Source: Octopus vulgaris (taxonomy: Eukaryota). From it: a stretch of 64,000 bases of DNA. A model generated the notes under the pieces. That model had not been told where the DNA came from. It searched no databases and saw nothing but the letters and a program-made list of their open reading frames with translations. Shown here in pieces: positions 1 through 13,035 of the stretch. The stretch's first letter is position 1, and each line of letters starts with the position of its first letter. The stretch spans positions 372,001 through 436,000 of the forward strand of contig OX597814.1 in assembly GCA_951406725.2 (NCBI GenBank), in the 5' to 3' direction. Position numbers and translations under genes: made by a program.

Positions 1-39
<39 letters not shown>

Positions 40-50
40 CATCATCATCA

Positions 51-145
<95 letters not shown>

Positions 146-255
146 GTTATTATTGTTGTTATTATTATTATTATTATCATTATTATTATCATTATTATTA
201 TTATTATTACTATTATTATCATAATTATTATTATTATTATTGCCATTATTATTAA
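1..255. repeat. (TAT)n trinucleotide microsatellite
   Basis: Directly visible. It is one of well over 100 simple-repeat tracts in the window (CA, TA, GA, TATG, GATA, GAAA, CAT, CAC). Confidence 0.98.
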
Positions 256-1325
256 GGCAGTGAGCTGTTAGATGTGTTAGCCCACCATGGATTAACTTAA
301 GGAGTCACAATTTAAGATTTAGGGATAGGACAAGAGTTGCGGTTAAGGGTAGGGTTAGGGTCAGGGTTAGGGTAAAGAAAAGGGGTTTGTGCAAGGGATT
401 ATGTTCAAAGGTTAAAGATTAAGTCTGGTGTTACATTCAGATGTGTTGTAATTATTAGAGGAGGCAAAGGTAGGGGGTGGGGTAGATTTTTGACTTTATT
501 TGTTTGAAATGTTATCGTATGCGATTAAATTGGGCTGTTATTGATTATGAGGGGGAAACAGGGGGTAATAGGAGATTGATCGATATAAAGAGGAGTAAGG
601 TGGTTGGTTCTGTGAGAGGTGAAGTAGAAATAAAGAAGGGGAAGGAGAGCAAGAGAGAGGGAGAGAGAAAGGGGAGAGAGAAAGGAGGAAAGGAAAAAGG
701 AGAAGAAAAAATGATTTTTTTAACAAAGGGGGAAAAAATCCTTGCCACCATCACCACCGGCGCCATCTCCATCATCATCATCATCATAACCACCATCTTG
801 TTCATCTTCATCATCACCACCATCAGCATCACCAGCATCATCGTTCTACCTGCCTTCATTCCACCTCCACCGTCACCACCTCATCCCTACCCCCATAGCT
901 GTTCAGTGGAAGTGTGTGTGTGTGCACGTGTGCACGTGTGTGTGTGTGCACGTGTGCACGTGTGTGTGTGTGCATATGCATATGGGTGTGCAGATATGTA
1001 TACATGTATGTGTTTGCACATGTGTGTATGTGCATGTGCATTCATGTATGTGCATGTTTATGCGTTTGTGCACGCGTGTGTATGTGACTGTTTTCTTATG
1101 TGAGTGTACGTGTGTATGCATGTGTGTGTATATGCACGTGTGTGTGTGTGTGTATACGAGCATGTAATATGATGCAAGTGAGTGTCAGATGAACGCGGAG
1201 GAAGTGGATCACTTAACTTTAAAGAATGCTTTAAGTGATTGCACTTTTGACTGCATCAGCTGCACTACTGCACCAGTTGCATCTCACAAACACTTCAGGT
1301 AATGCCGCACTTATTATAATCCCTT

Positions 1326-1583
1326 AAATATATTCACACAGAGTTGAAATGCTGTTTGATTTATTTTTTCAGCGTACAATTTTTATCATCCCACTACCAA
1401 GTATGACATCACCTCTTCCTTCCTTATTCATCTATCACCCCTTCCTTTCTCATTCATAAACACAAGAGTATTATTATAATACATACATACATATACATAT
1501 ATGGTCGCAGTCAAATAACTGAAATAAGTAAAAGGATACATATATATATATATATATATAATATATATAACAACATATATGTG

Positions 1584-1658
<75 letters not shown>

Positions 1659-1868
1659 TTTAGTTCTATATTTAAGAGGTGAGGAATTATGTGCATTATT
1701 TACATCTGACGGATATTTTCGGCTGATATACCCTCCAGCTTTCATCAGGTGTCTTGGGGAAATTTTGAACGTGGGTTCTCATTCTCATTCTCAGTAGCCA
1801 TGGGAGCTATGAGAAAAATACAAACCCCAGAATCACCACTGGACCGTTCTACACATCAGTGTAATTTT
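1326..1868. repeat. Left arm of a long-range inverted duplication (partner 6337-6553), interrupted by an insertion at 1479-1788
   Basis: 1326-1478 is approximately the reverse complement of 6426-6553. 1789-1868 is approximately the reverse complement of 6337-6418. Confidence 0.9.
1660..1788 (-). mobile_element. Fragment of the tRNA-head/hammerhead element family
   Basis: Matches 3800-3940 and 16932-16980. The minus strand reads gacac-CTGATGA-aagctg..cagcc-GAAA (1753-1717), with stem III deleted. Confidence 0.75.
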
Positions 1869-2315
1869 ATTGAATAAATAGGGACCACCACAGAAAGTGT
1901 CAGCTCCATTGGTTTGTTATATTATCCAGTTATGACCACCCGTTCTAACTTTTGAGGCATCTTGTAACTTTTGTTTATTTCAGCCATTTAGACTGTGGCC
2001 ATGCTGGAGCACGACCTTGAATAATTTTTAGTTGGCTGAATCAGCCGCACTACTTTTTTTTCTAAGCCTGGTTCCTAGTCTATCAATCTCTTTTGCTGAA
2101 CTGCTAAGTTATGGGAACATAAACAAACCAACACCCATTATCAAGCAATGAGGTGGAGAACAAATGCACACATACATCATCATCATCATCATTATATATG
2201 TATATACAGTATATGATGGGCTTCTTTCAAACACATGCAAACACACACACACCACACACTCACACAAGCACACACACACACATACATACATACATACATA
2301 CATACATACACACAC

Positions 2316-2350
<35 letters not shown>

Positions 2351-2425
2351 GGGAGGATTTTTACAAAAAAACAAAAGATAAAGACAGGTGTATAAACAAC
2401 AGACAGGTGTATTAGTTTAACGCTT

Positions 2426-2797
2426 GTGCAGGAATGACTGTGTGGTAAGAAGCTTGCTCCCCAGTCACATGGTTCCAGGTTCAGTCCCACTGCATGGCAC
2501 CTTGGGCAGGTGTCTGGATTTGGTTAACAGAAACTGAAAGAAGCCCATCATATATATATGTATATGTATGTATGTATGTATGTATGTATTTGTGTGTCTG
2601 TGTTTGTCCCCACACCATTGCTTGATAACCAATGTTGGTGTGCTTACATCCGCATAACCTAGTAGTTCAGCAAAAGAAACCGACAGAATAAGTACCAGGC
2701 TTACAAAGAATAAATCCTGGGGTTGATTTGTTTGACTAAAGGCAGTGCCCCAGCATGGCCACAGTCAAATGACTGAAACAAGTAAAAGAATAAAAGA
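2426..2797 (+). mobile_element. Abundant tRNA-derived SINE (family A) with an internal microsatellite
   Basis: Head gcaggagtggctgtgtggtaag..ggttcagtcccac and tail ..gactgaaacaagtaaaaga. Other copies or fragments lie at ~7078-7365, 12060-12455(-), 33740-34160, 37650-38015, 42440-42848(-), 47310-47720, 50780-51228(-) and 61955-62353(-). Confidence 0.85.
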
Positions 2798-2819
2798 ATA
2801 TATACATATATATATTTCA

Positions 2820-2966
2820 TTATCTTTTTTTTCCTCTCTTCATTTTTTCCCCCTCAATCCTTTCTGTTAGAGAGCAGAGGCTCAAAATGTCAAAGACTTT
2901 TCCATTTATCCCCCAGCATCAAATTAACACACCTGCTTGTTGTTCGTTCACCTGTCTTCGTCTTTT
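2820..2966 (+). mobile_element. Degenerate PLE-like pseudo-LTR fragment with a decayed minimal hammerhead
   Basis: ctttctgttagagagcagaggctcaaaatgtcaaag aligns to the intact motif at 54199-54232, and both share the tail cacctgtcttcgtcttt. Confidence 0.6.
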
Positions 2967-3410
2967 CATCATCATTATTATATAACGTCCGTTTTCCATG
3001 CTGGCATGGGTTGGACACTTTAACTGGGGTCTGGGAAGCCAGGAGGCTGCACCAGGCACCAGTCTTATCTGGCAGAGTTTCTACAGCTGGATGCCCTTCC
3101 TAAAGCCAACGACTCTGAGAGTGTAGTGGTTGCTTTTTACATGCCACCAGCACAGGGGCCAGAAGGGGCTGGCTTCTGTAAATTCAAACTCTGTGTGTGT
3201 GTGTGTGTGTGTGTAAAATACTAAAAAACAACAGGAAAAAAAAGCAGTAAAAGTCAGTTAGATGTACACAGTGAACATATTAGTCTGATGCTCATTAAAA
3301 GTTTCAGATGGAAAAATAGGAAATAATGTTTCAAGCATGACTCTTCGCTAGAAAGAAGAAAAAGTCTAGAGAGGAAGAAAAGAAGGAAGGAACAGATAGT
3401 CTGGAGAATG

Positions 3411-3444
<34 letters not shown>

Positions 3445-3740
3445 AAACAAACTTTTGAGTGCCAAGTGTTTTAGTATTCTATAGAAAATAAAGGAATTCT
3501 GGAATGAAGGCTGGCAGTGAAGACAGCTTAGAATCAACCCCTATAACAGGTTTGATTCCCTATGGAGGCTTGTTGGCCACTTCTTTCTGTCTTCTAAAAG
3601 GTATTTACCCAATTTTCTAAGCTGTCTTCCCTGTCAAACCTGCATCAAATAATTCCTTTATCTTCTATATAAATACATACATATATATATATATATATAT
3701 TTATACCCACACAAACATACGCACATGTATATATACAGAC

Positions 3741-3799
<59 letters not shown>

Positions 3800-3803
<4 letters not shown>

Positions 3804-4334
3804 CATTATTTACATTTGATGGATATTTGTCCTCATCTTGTTTGTTGTTAACACACCATTTCGTCTGATATACCCTCCAACCTTCATCAGGTGTCTTGGA
3901 GAAATTTTGAACTTGGGTCCGAAATTCCTAAGGTATTTTTCAATGTTGTTGTTATTATTATTATTATCATTATTATTATTATTATTCAGGTCACTACTTG
4001 GAATCGAACATGGGATCTTGAGGTTAGTAGCCCGTACTCTTAACCACTATGCTATATGCACGAGTATATGGTGTAGTGGTTAAGAGTACAGGCTACTAAC
4101 CCCAAGATTCTGAGTTTGATTCCAAAAAGTGACCTGATGTTGATACTAATAATGATAATAATAACAACAACATTGACCATGAATCCCAAGACAAGAAAGA
4201 AGTCGCCCATAAATTTGCTGAAGGATGGAGGGTATATCAGGCGAAACATTGTATTTACAACGATGATGATGAGGACAAATATCCATGAAATGTAATAATT
4301 AAATAATTCCTCATCTCTTAAATATAGAACTGTA
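3800..4334. mobile_element. Head-to-head pair of tRNA-head + hammerhead elements (minus copy 3800-4060, plus copy 4066-4334)
   Basis: Both copies have box A/box B heads followed by an (AAT)n linker. Hammerhead cores lie at 3895-3850(-) and ~4219-4255(+), and the tails are shared. Confidence 0.75.
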
Positions 4335-4502
4335 TTATATGGTGAATTTATGGAGACTTAAGTCCTGCATAAAACATCAATGTATTTATGTATAGAAATG
4401 GAGGTTCATCCATTTTGGAGGTTTCAAAAAAGATTTCTGAGTTGATACTTTATACTTCGGAGTTCTTCTTTCGCCCATAAATTTGCTACCATATGGGATT
4501 TA

Positions 4503-4547
<45 letters not shown>

Positions 4548-5046
4548 GTATGTATGCATGTATGTATGTAGTATATATGTATGCATGTATGTATATGTAT
4601 ATATACAAATATCTTATAATTATATACATAATTATAATCAGAGATCAGCTAATTGCCTTGCCACACACTGATTTAGAAATAACAACTAAATTCCTTTTCT
4701 ACTACCATAAAAGATCTCTGAGACAGTAAACACCCTTTTTCACACAGGCAAAAAGAAAAAATAACGAATCCACACGACTCATATTAGCTACAGACGTGAT
4801 TCGAGATTAAAATAAATAAAGTTATATTTTCTTACTTATTTCTCATCTTCAGTGCAGCATCTCAAAATATAAATTTGTTAGTGATTATAATTATAAAATA
4901 TTTGTATAAGTTTACCTAAAATGATTATTTTTAACGTACTGACTACTTGGTAAAATTATTAATTGATTAATTAATTAATTAATTTTACACTTTTATTATT
5001 TTTTTATTTTTTTACTATATATGTATATATATATATATTATATATA

Positions 5047-5088
<42 letters not shown>

Positions 5089-5499
5089 CGCATACAGTTT
5101 GTATGTATCTGTGTGTGTGTGTGTGTGTGTGTGTTTGATAAATATATACACGTCATACTCACAAGCAATCAGGTACACCTTTGAAACCAACTCTTCTCAC
5201 CTGAACGTGCACCAATATAAATTACATCACATGTCGTTAGCATAATTGCACTTTATTACCCCTTTAAATACCTGGGTAATACCTGCACCTGAATTTTAAT
5301 GAGGGAATTTATTCGAACAGATTTAAAGGATTAGCAATTTTAAGATTATTGTTTCTGCTCCAATGAATAACAAATGCGAAATCCTTCAATCCATCCAGCC
5401 CTTTCTCCCTCGACATACATATATACTTACATCCATTCATTCATCTCATTCTCCTTCTTTCTCTCTCTCTTTCTCTCTTTCTCTCATTCTTTCTATCTC

Positions 5500-5547
<48 letters not shown>

Positions 5548-5549
<2 letters not shown>

Positions 5550-5690
5550 ATCTATCAAACTATCTTTCTATTTCATCATCATCACCACCATCATCATCAC
5601 CATCAGCATCATCGTTTAATGTCTGTCTTCCACGCTGACACCTGTTTTTCTATCCATGCACTTTTCTCTCTCTCTCACTCTTTCTTCCTT

Positions 5691-5736
<46 letters not shown>

Positions 5737-5866
5737 TCTCTCTCTATCTATCAAACTATCTTTCTATTTCATCATCATCACCACCATCATCATCACCATC
5801 AGCATCATCGTTTAATGTCTGTCTTCTACGCTGACACCTGTTTTTCTATCCATGCACTTTTCTCTC
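5548..5866. repeat. Tandem duplication with 196-bp period
   Basis: 5548-5670 is nearly identical to 5744-5866, separated by (CT)n. Confidence 0.9.
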
Positions 5867-5940
5867 TGTCTCTCTGTCTCTGTCCGTCCGTCTGTCCCCC
5901 TCTCTCTCTCTCACCCTCTCTCTCTCTCTTGCTCTCTGTC

Positions 5941-5989
<49 letters not shown>

Positions 5990-6336
5990 CTTGCTGTCTC
6001 ACTGTCTTTCTCTCTCTCTCTCAGTCTGTCTTTCTCTCTCACTCTCTCTCTCTCTGCCTTTTGATTCACACACACACACACACACACACTTCCCTCTGTC
6101 TACTGCTACCTTTGCTTGACCCAAGCATAATTATTTATTTGACCTTCAATACGCTTCCACCAAAGAAGAAATCTCTTACCCTCAGGTTTCTAGAAATGTC
6201 TAACTGCTAGAAACAGGATTGCGACTGATGCATTATGCAAATTGTATTCAGTATTTATTTTTTAATATAAATTCAACATGGGCGATTCTTTCTTGTCTTG
6301 AGGTTCATAGTCAAATGGCTGCGTGGAAATTGCGGG

Positions 6337-6553
6337 AAAAATTACACTGATGTGTAGAATGATCCAGTGGTGATGCTGGGGTTTGCATTTTTCTCATAGC
6401 TCCCATGGTTACCGAGATAATCTGCTATAATAATACTCTTGTGTTTATGAATGAGAAAGGAAGGGGTGATGTCATACTTGGTAGTGGGATGATGGAAATT
6501 GTATGCTGAAAACAATAAATCAAACAGCTTTTCAACTCTATGGGAATATATTT
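6337..6553. repeat. Right arm of the long-range inverted duplication
   Basis: Reverse complement of 1326-1478 plus 1789-1868. Confidence 0.9.
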
Positions 6554-7364
6554 GTGAGTGTATGTAAAAGGGGGGGGGTATGTGAATGTGTGTGTGTGTG
6601 TGTGTGTGCATGCGCAATGGAAGTGGGATGGTTCATCTTTGTTTCCTTAGTATTTGGGTTTAGTTTTTGATTTGGTTGAATCTTGGTTGTTTTTTTTGTT
6701 GGTCAGTTATTTTTAGCTACAGGTGGGAGCAGTGGCGGCGGCGGCGGCGGCGGTGGTGGTGGTGGTGGTGGTGGTGACTGGTGGTAGTTGTGGTGGTGGC
6801 GGTGGACTATGATGTTGAAGAAGTGAAGTTGAAGTAAAGAGAAGAAATGAAATAAACCATTCTCTGTCTTGAAAACAAGGAAGCATTTCAGCAAAGATAA
6901 AGTAAGGGAAGCGGGGGGAGGGGGAGGGGAGGGGGTAAAACCAATGTTGGTGCTAAAAGCTGTAAAGCTGAAAAATTACTAAAAGGACAAGTTATACAAC
7001 TACAGCTCTGTGTATAGACTACACACACACACACACAGGCATGATATATATATATACATACATGTGTGTGTGTGTGTGTGTGGTAAGTGGCTTTCTTACC
7101 AACCACATGGTTCCGGGTTCAGTCCCACTGCATAGCACCTTGGGCAAGTGTCTTCTAATATAGCTTCAGGCTGACCAAAGCCTTGCAAGTGGATTTGAAA
7201 GACGGAAACTGAAAGAAGCCCATCGTATATATAGATATATGTGTCTGTGCTTTTCCCCCACCCCCATCGCTTGACAACCAATATCAGTGTATTCACGTCT
7301 CTGTAACTTAGCAGTTCGGCAAAAGAGTCCGGTAGAATAAGTAGTACGCTTACAAAGAATAAAA

Positions 7365-7417
<53 letters not shown>

Positions 7418-7701
7418 GCAATAAGAAAATGGAGGGTATCAAGAGGTGGCATTCATCAACTTTTAGACATTATATAATGTCAATTTATTTATTTTAGAAA
7501 AAAAAACAATTATAACAATATACATACATGTATAACATATGCTTTACATATATAATATATAAAATGTAAAAATACCAGTAATTATCAAAATATATAACGT
7601 AGAGCATAGAAGGTAGAATAGTATCTATCTATCTATCTATCTATATATATATATATATATACACGCTCCCACACATATATACACACATATGTGTGTGTGC
7701 A

Positions 7702-7737
<36 letters not shown>

Positions 7738-8137
7738 TACATGCACACACACTGCACTCTGCTTATGCAACTGGCAGTCAGAAAGCCATTTGTTTATTTA
7801 CTGGAGAAGATTGTAAAGACACATCATTCCCCGTTCCTCTCCTAACATCTCCATAATCCTGTCTTTTATGTGCTTTGTTCTGCTGTAAGTTTCCACTGGA
7901 AAATCTTCAATATTGAGCAAAGAACTTGTTTGTTGCATGCTGCCATTTCGTAAAATCTCTTGCAAAATATAAACCAAAAGAATAAACTTGAAACGTTGCA
8001 AACAAACAATTTTATGATGCTGGAAAAGAAAGGACAAAAAACGAAAAGAAATTGAAGGTGAGAGGAAGAATTTAAATGTAAGGGTTTGTTAAGAGCTTTT
8101 GTTGAGGTTTTAGGACTGTCTATGTAGAGTTTCCATT

Positions 8138-8190
<53 letters not shown>

Positions 8191-8599
8191 GGTGGTGGTG
8201 GTGGTGGTGGTGGTGGTGGTGGTGGTGTTTTTGTTGTCGTTTTGTTTCGAGTGGCAGGAGAGATGGGGAGGCGAGAAAAATCAATCGATATTAGTCCTTG
8301 ACCCAGCACCTACACTTGTGTGGATGGTGGCTTTGTGTGTGTGTGTGTGTGCATGTGTGAGTGTGTGTGCATGTGTGAGTGTGTGTGCATGTGTGTGTGT
8401 GCGTGTGTGTGTGTGTATGTATGTACATGCATACACTGTGTAAGTATGTATCCAAGAACGCTATAAATGTGTGTTTGTGTTTGTGTGTGTCTGTGTATGC
8501 ATAGTGTGAGTGCATGTGTATACAATATATACACACACACACAGAGACACACACACACACACACACACACTCATATATATGTGTATGTATGTATGTATT

Positions 8600-8642
<43 letters not shown>

Positions 8643-8934
8643 ATATGTGTGTGTGTAGAGGGTGTATATATGTATTTAATTTGCTTTGCGGGAAGGACTG
8701 TTTTAATGAAGTCACGTCTTGTCCCTACCTTTGAAACATGGAGTAGATAAAACAGGGGACAACTCCTGAAGGGAACGTTCTTTATGTTGCCTGTCTTGTT
8801 TCTCTGTTTGTTTCTTTCGTTGTTTGAAAAAAAGTTCGTTTTCCATGCTTTTGTTTTTTTTTTGAGGTTCTGTACTCAGATATGCATGTATATATACATA
8901 TATGTGTAGGCATGTACATGTATGTGTGCATATA

Positions 8935-9014
<80 letters not shown>

Positions 9015-9148
9015 TGGGAATGGTAAAGCTCCCAAAATATGGAAGCTGGTGTGGCTCCTGGCCTTTCCACCTTCTGTCAAACTGTCCAACCCATGCCAGC
9101 ATGGAAAACAGGCATTAAATGGTGATGATGATGATGATGATATATATT

Positions 9149-9196
<48 letters not shown>

Positions 9197-9197
9197 C

Positions 9198-9275
<78 letters not shown>

Positions 9276-9276
9276 T

Positions 9277-9316
<40 letters not shown>

Positions 9317-9824
9317 CAGATTATATGAGCTAAAAGCTAAACTGGTTTTATGAGAGTTCCGTCATGTCATCTTCCCAACTGCACTGATCCAAGATGAAAC
9401 GATTGATCTTCCATAAATATTTTTACTCTCAGCTAAAATAAGAACGTCTGTATGATGGTCTACTTTGTTCTAAGCTAATATAGTGTTCGTTTATCTATAT
9501 ATTCTCATCCCAATTGCAGTTTTAGAGTTGTTTTAACCAAATACCTGATTAGCAACAACATCGTAAAGAAAAGAGATGCAATAATAAAAATATGTTCCGC
9601 TAATCTTTTCGTCATCCTTTGCAGAGTCATTCATCATTTAAGTTTTAAGGTCTTCCATATTTTTTTTTATTTTTTAATGCATCAAATATGGTGATCACAT
9701 GTAGCATATTAATTAGGGGGTGTCATCATCATCATCGTTATCATCAACATCATCATCATCATCATTGTCATCACCACAACTGCAAACACTATCATCATCC
9801 TTGTCATCATCATTACATCATCAC

Positions 9825-9886
<62 letters not shown>

Positions 9887-10077
9887 CCACCATTGCCATC
9901 ACCACCATCGTAACAGCAACCACCACCTTCGCCATCATCATTGTCATCAATATCAACATCAAAATACCCCTACCACCACCACCACCATCATCGTAGTCGT
10001 TGTCATCATTTTCATCACCATCGTCACCACCACCCCCAATCACCGCCACCACCACCACTACCACAACCACCAATACC

Positions 10078-10310
10078 TCTTTCTTTACTACCCACAAGGG
10101 GCTAAACATAGAAGGGACAAACAAGGACAGACATAGGTATTAAGTCGATCATATCGACCCCAGTGCGTAACTGGTACTTATTTAATCGACCCCGGAAGAA
10201 TGAAAGGCAAAGTCGACCTCGGCGGAATTTGAACTCAGAACGTAACGGCAGACGAAATACGGCTACGCATATCACCCGGGATGCTAACCACTCTGCCAGC
10301 TTGCCACCTT
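10078..10310 (-). mobile_element. tRNA-derived SINE family B with a Meta-domain-like core (gcctttcatcc..ggggtcgat..aagtaccag)
   Basis: Head ggcgagctggcaga..gttcaaattcc. Further copies, often with the 3' part duplicated, lie at 16238-16657, 31800-32185, 47110-47272, 48800-49200, 51860-52095(+) and 62640-63057. The domain name is from recall. Confidence 0.8.
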
Positions 10311-11235
10311 CTTCACAACCACCAATACCACCACCACTGCCGCCACCACCACCATCGTCATCATCATCATCATCATTTTCATCACCATCACCCACCCCCC
10401 ATTCGCCGCCACCATCACCACCATCACTACCACCACCACCATCCCTACCACAACCACCAATACCAACACCACCACCACCATCACCACCACCATCACTACC
10501 ACCACCAACACCACCAACACCACCACCACCACCATCACTACCACCACCACCATCACCACCACCACCACCACCACCATCCACCACCACCACCACCACCACC
10601 ACCACCACCACCACCACCACCACCACCACCACACTACCACCACCACCATCACCACCACCACCACCACCACCATCACTACCTTCACCACCAATCGGCACCA
10701 CCACCACCACCACCACCACCCTCACCAGCATCTCTCACTATGCCATCCCATCTTAAAATGATATTACAGACTCCAGTGTGAGATGTGATGGAGATGTTTT
10801 GTTGCTTGAGTTGTTGCAGCAGAAGCTGAGGCAGTCGTCTTTTTTGCTATATTCTGTGATAACATTAAATCTCTGCTGGATTTGGTTGCCATGGCAATAG
10901 TTCCCATGATAATTATATATGTATTTAAATCTATAAATGTGTATATGTATGTGTTTGTATGGGTGTGTGTATATATGTAAGTGTATCTGTGTGTACTTGT
11001 GTCTGTGCGTGTGTGTTTTATGTGGGTTGTTGTTTTTTATATATTAGTCTGTATGTGTACTTGAATTTATGTGTGTGTATGTGTGCAGGTTTCTCTGTGT
11101 GTCTATGAATGATGTGCTGGTACGTGTGTCTGTGTATGTGTTTTTATGACTGTCTGTATATGAAAAAAGTGTTTATTTGCCTATGTGGGTGTGTGAGTGT
11201 TCATGTGTGTGTGTTTGTGGGGTTTGATATACATC

Positions 11236-11284
<49 letters not shown>

Positions 11285-13035
11285 TGGTGGTGGTGATGAT
11301 GATGATGATGATGATGATATATGTATGTATGTATAAATGCATGTATGTCTGTATATACATACACACATATAATTTCATCATAATTATTGTTTTACACTGA
11401 CTGAATATATATATTATCATATACGCACGTATAAATATATATAAACATATATACATATATATACACATATGCACACATACATTGGTCCATGTATGTGAAT
11501 AAATGATATAACCATATCTAAGTGTGTATATACTTGTGTGTGTATAAAAATACACACACACATCATCATCATCATCATCATCATTTAACATCTGCTTTCC
11601 ATGCCAGCATGGGTTGGATGGTTTGACTGGAGTCTGGGAAGCCAGAAGGCTGCACCAGGCTCCAATCTGATCTGGCAAGGTTTCTACAGATGGATGCCCT
11701 TCCTAATGCCAACCACTCTGAGAGTGTAGTGGGTGCTTTTTATGTGCCACTGGCATAGGAGGCTGTCAGGTGGCACTGGCATTAACCATGTTTGAATGGC
11801 ACCTTTTACGTGCTACGAGTACGTGTGCCAGTTATGCAGTACTGGCATTGCTCATGCTCAAATGGTGCTTTTTACATGCCACTGGCACAGGTGCCAGTCA
11901 GGTGGCACTAGCATCGGTCACACTCAAGTGGTGCTTTTTACATGTCACCAGCATGAAAGCCAGTCAAGAGACACTGGCATCGACCATGCTTGAACGGTGC
12001 TTTTTATGTGCCACCAGCACAGGAGAAAATCTGTGAAGTAGAAACAGTATTGTTCTTCTAATTTTTTACTTGTTTCAGTCATTTGACTGCGGCCATGCTG
12101 GAGCACCACCTTTAGTCGAGCAAATTGACCCCAGGACTTATTCTTTGTAAGCCTAGTACTTATACTATTGGTCCCTTTTGCTGAACCACCAAGTTACGGG
12201 GACGTAAACACACGAGCATCGGTTATCAAGTGATGTTGGGGGAACAAACACAGACACACAAACATACACACACACACACACACACACATACATATATATA
12301 TATGTATATGCATATATACGATGGGCTTCTTTCAGTTTCCGTCTACCAAATCTACTCACGAGGCTTTGGTCGGCCCAAGGATATAGTAGAAGACACTTCT
12401 GAAAACAGAACCATGTGGTTGGTAAGCAAGCTACTTACCACACAGCCATCCTACACCTGTATTTTTTAAAAATTATTTTTGTAATTTGTATATATTTATT
12501 TTATTATAAATGCAAAACAACACCACGGAGGAATCAAGGTAGGCTTAAATAATAAACCACAATAAGTGAACCACAATATGTCAAGGGATTACTGTATATC
12601 TATTCTCAACCCTCGTTCATTCTCTATTCAGAATTGGTAACTTCCAGTCTTCCTTGCCATGGATTATCATCAAACACCCTCATTTGAAACTGCTCATGGA
12701 CATTACCTATACCTGTATTATTTATTTGATCATGGAACTACATAACACACAACTATTTTACTCTGTTCCTTTGTCCATTTTTCACAATCTGGAATATACT
12801 AATACCCTCAATGGGGGTAGTCCCTCACTTGTACGCCTCTCTAACTTCTCCCTCTCTGATGACGAAATACTCAGATTGTGGAATCCTTACGCAATATGAT
12901 GATCCACAGGCTTGGCTATTCTAGAAACATCTGTAAGAGACTCTGTGCGTTTATATTCTTTATCTAGATTCAGTGTCTTTTTCAAGTGAGACCAAACGTT
13001 TTGCTTTTTCATTTTGACTTTAATCTATCTATCTA

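Noticed and set aside
335-375. TTAGGG-like repeats
   Set aside because: Only a few degenerate units. This is not a telomere, and such units are common inside DNA elements.
7798-7960. Minus-strand frame EILRNGSMQQ..MCLYNLLQ* as a terminal exon
   Set aside because: The acceptor is weak and I recognise no homology, so I cannot support it.
12570-13015. Unique-looking block with partial reading frames and short inverted matches
   Set aside because: It has multiple stops and no recognisable motif, and the stems are only ~12-17 bp.
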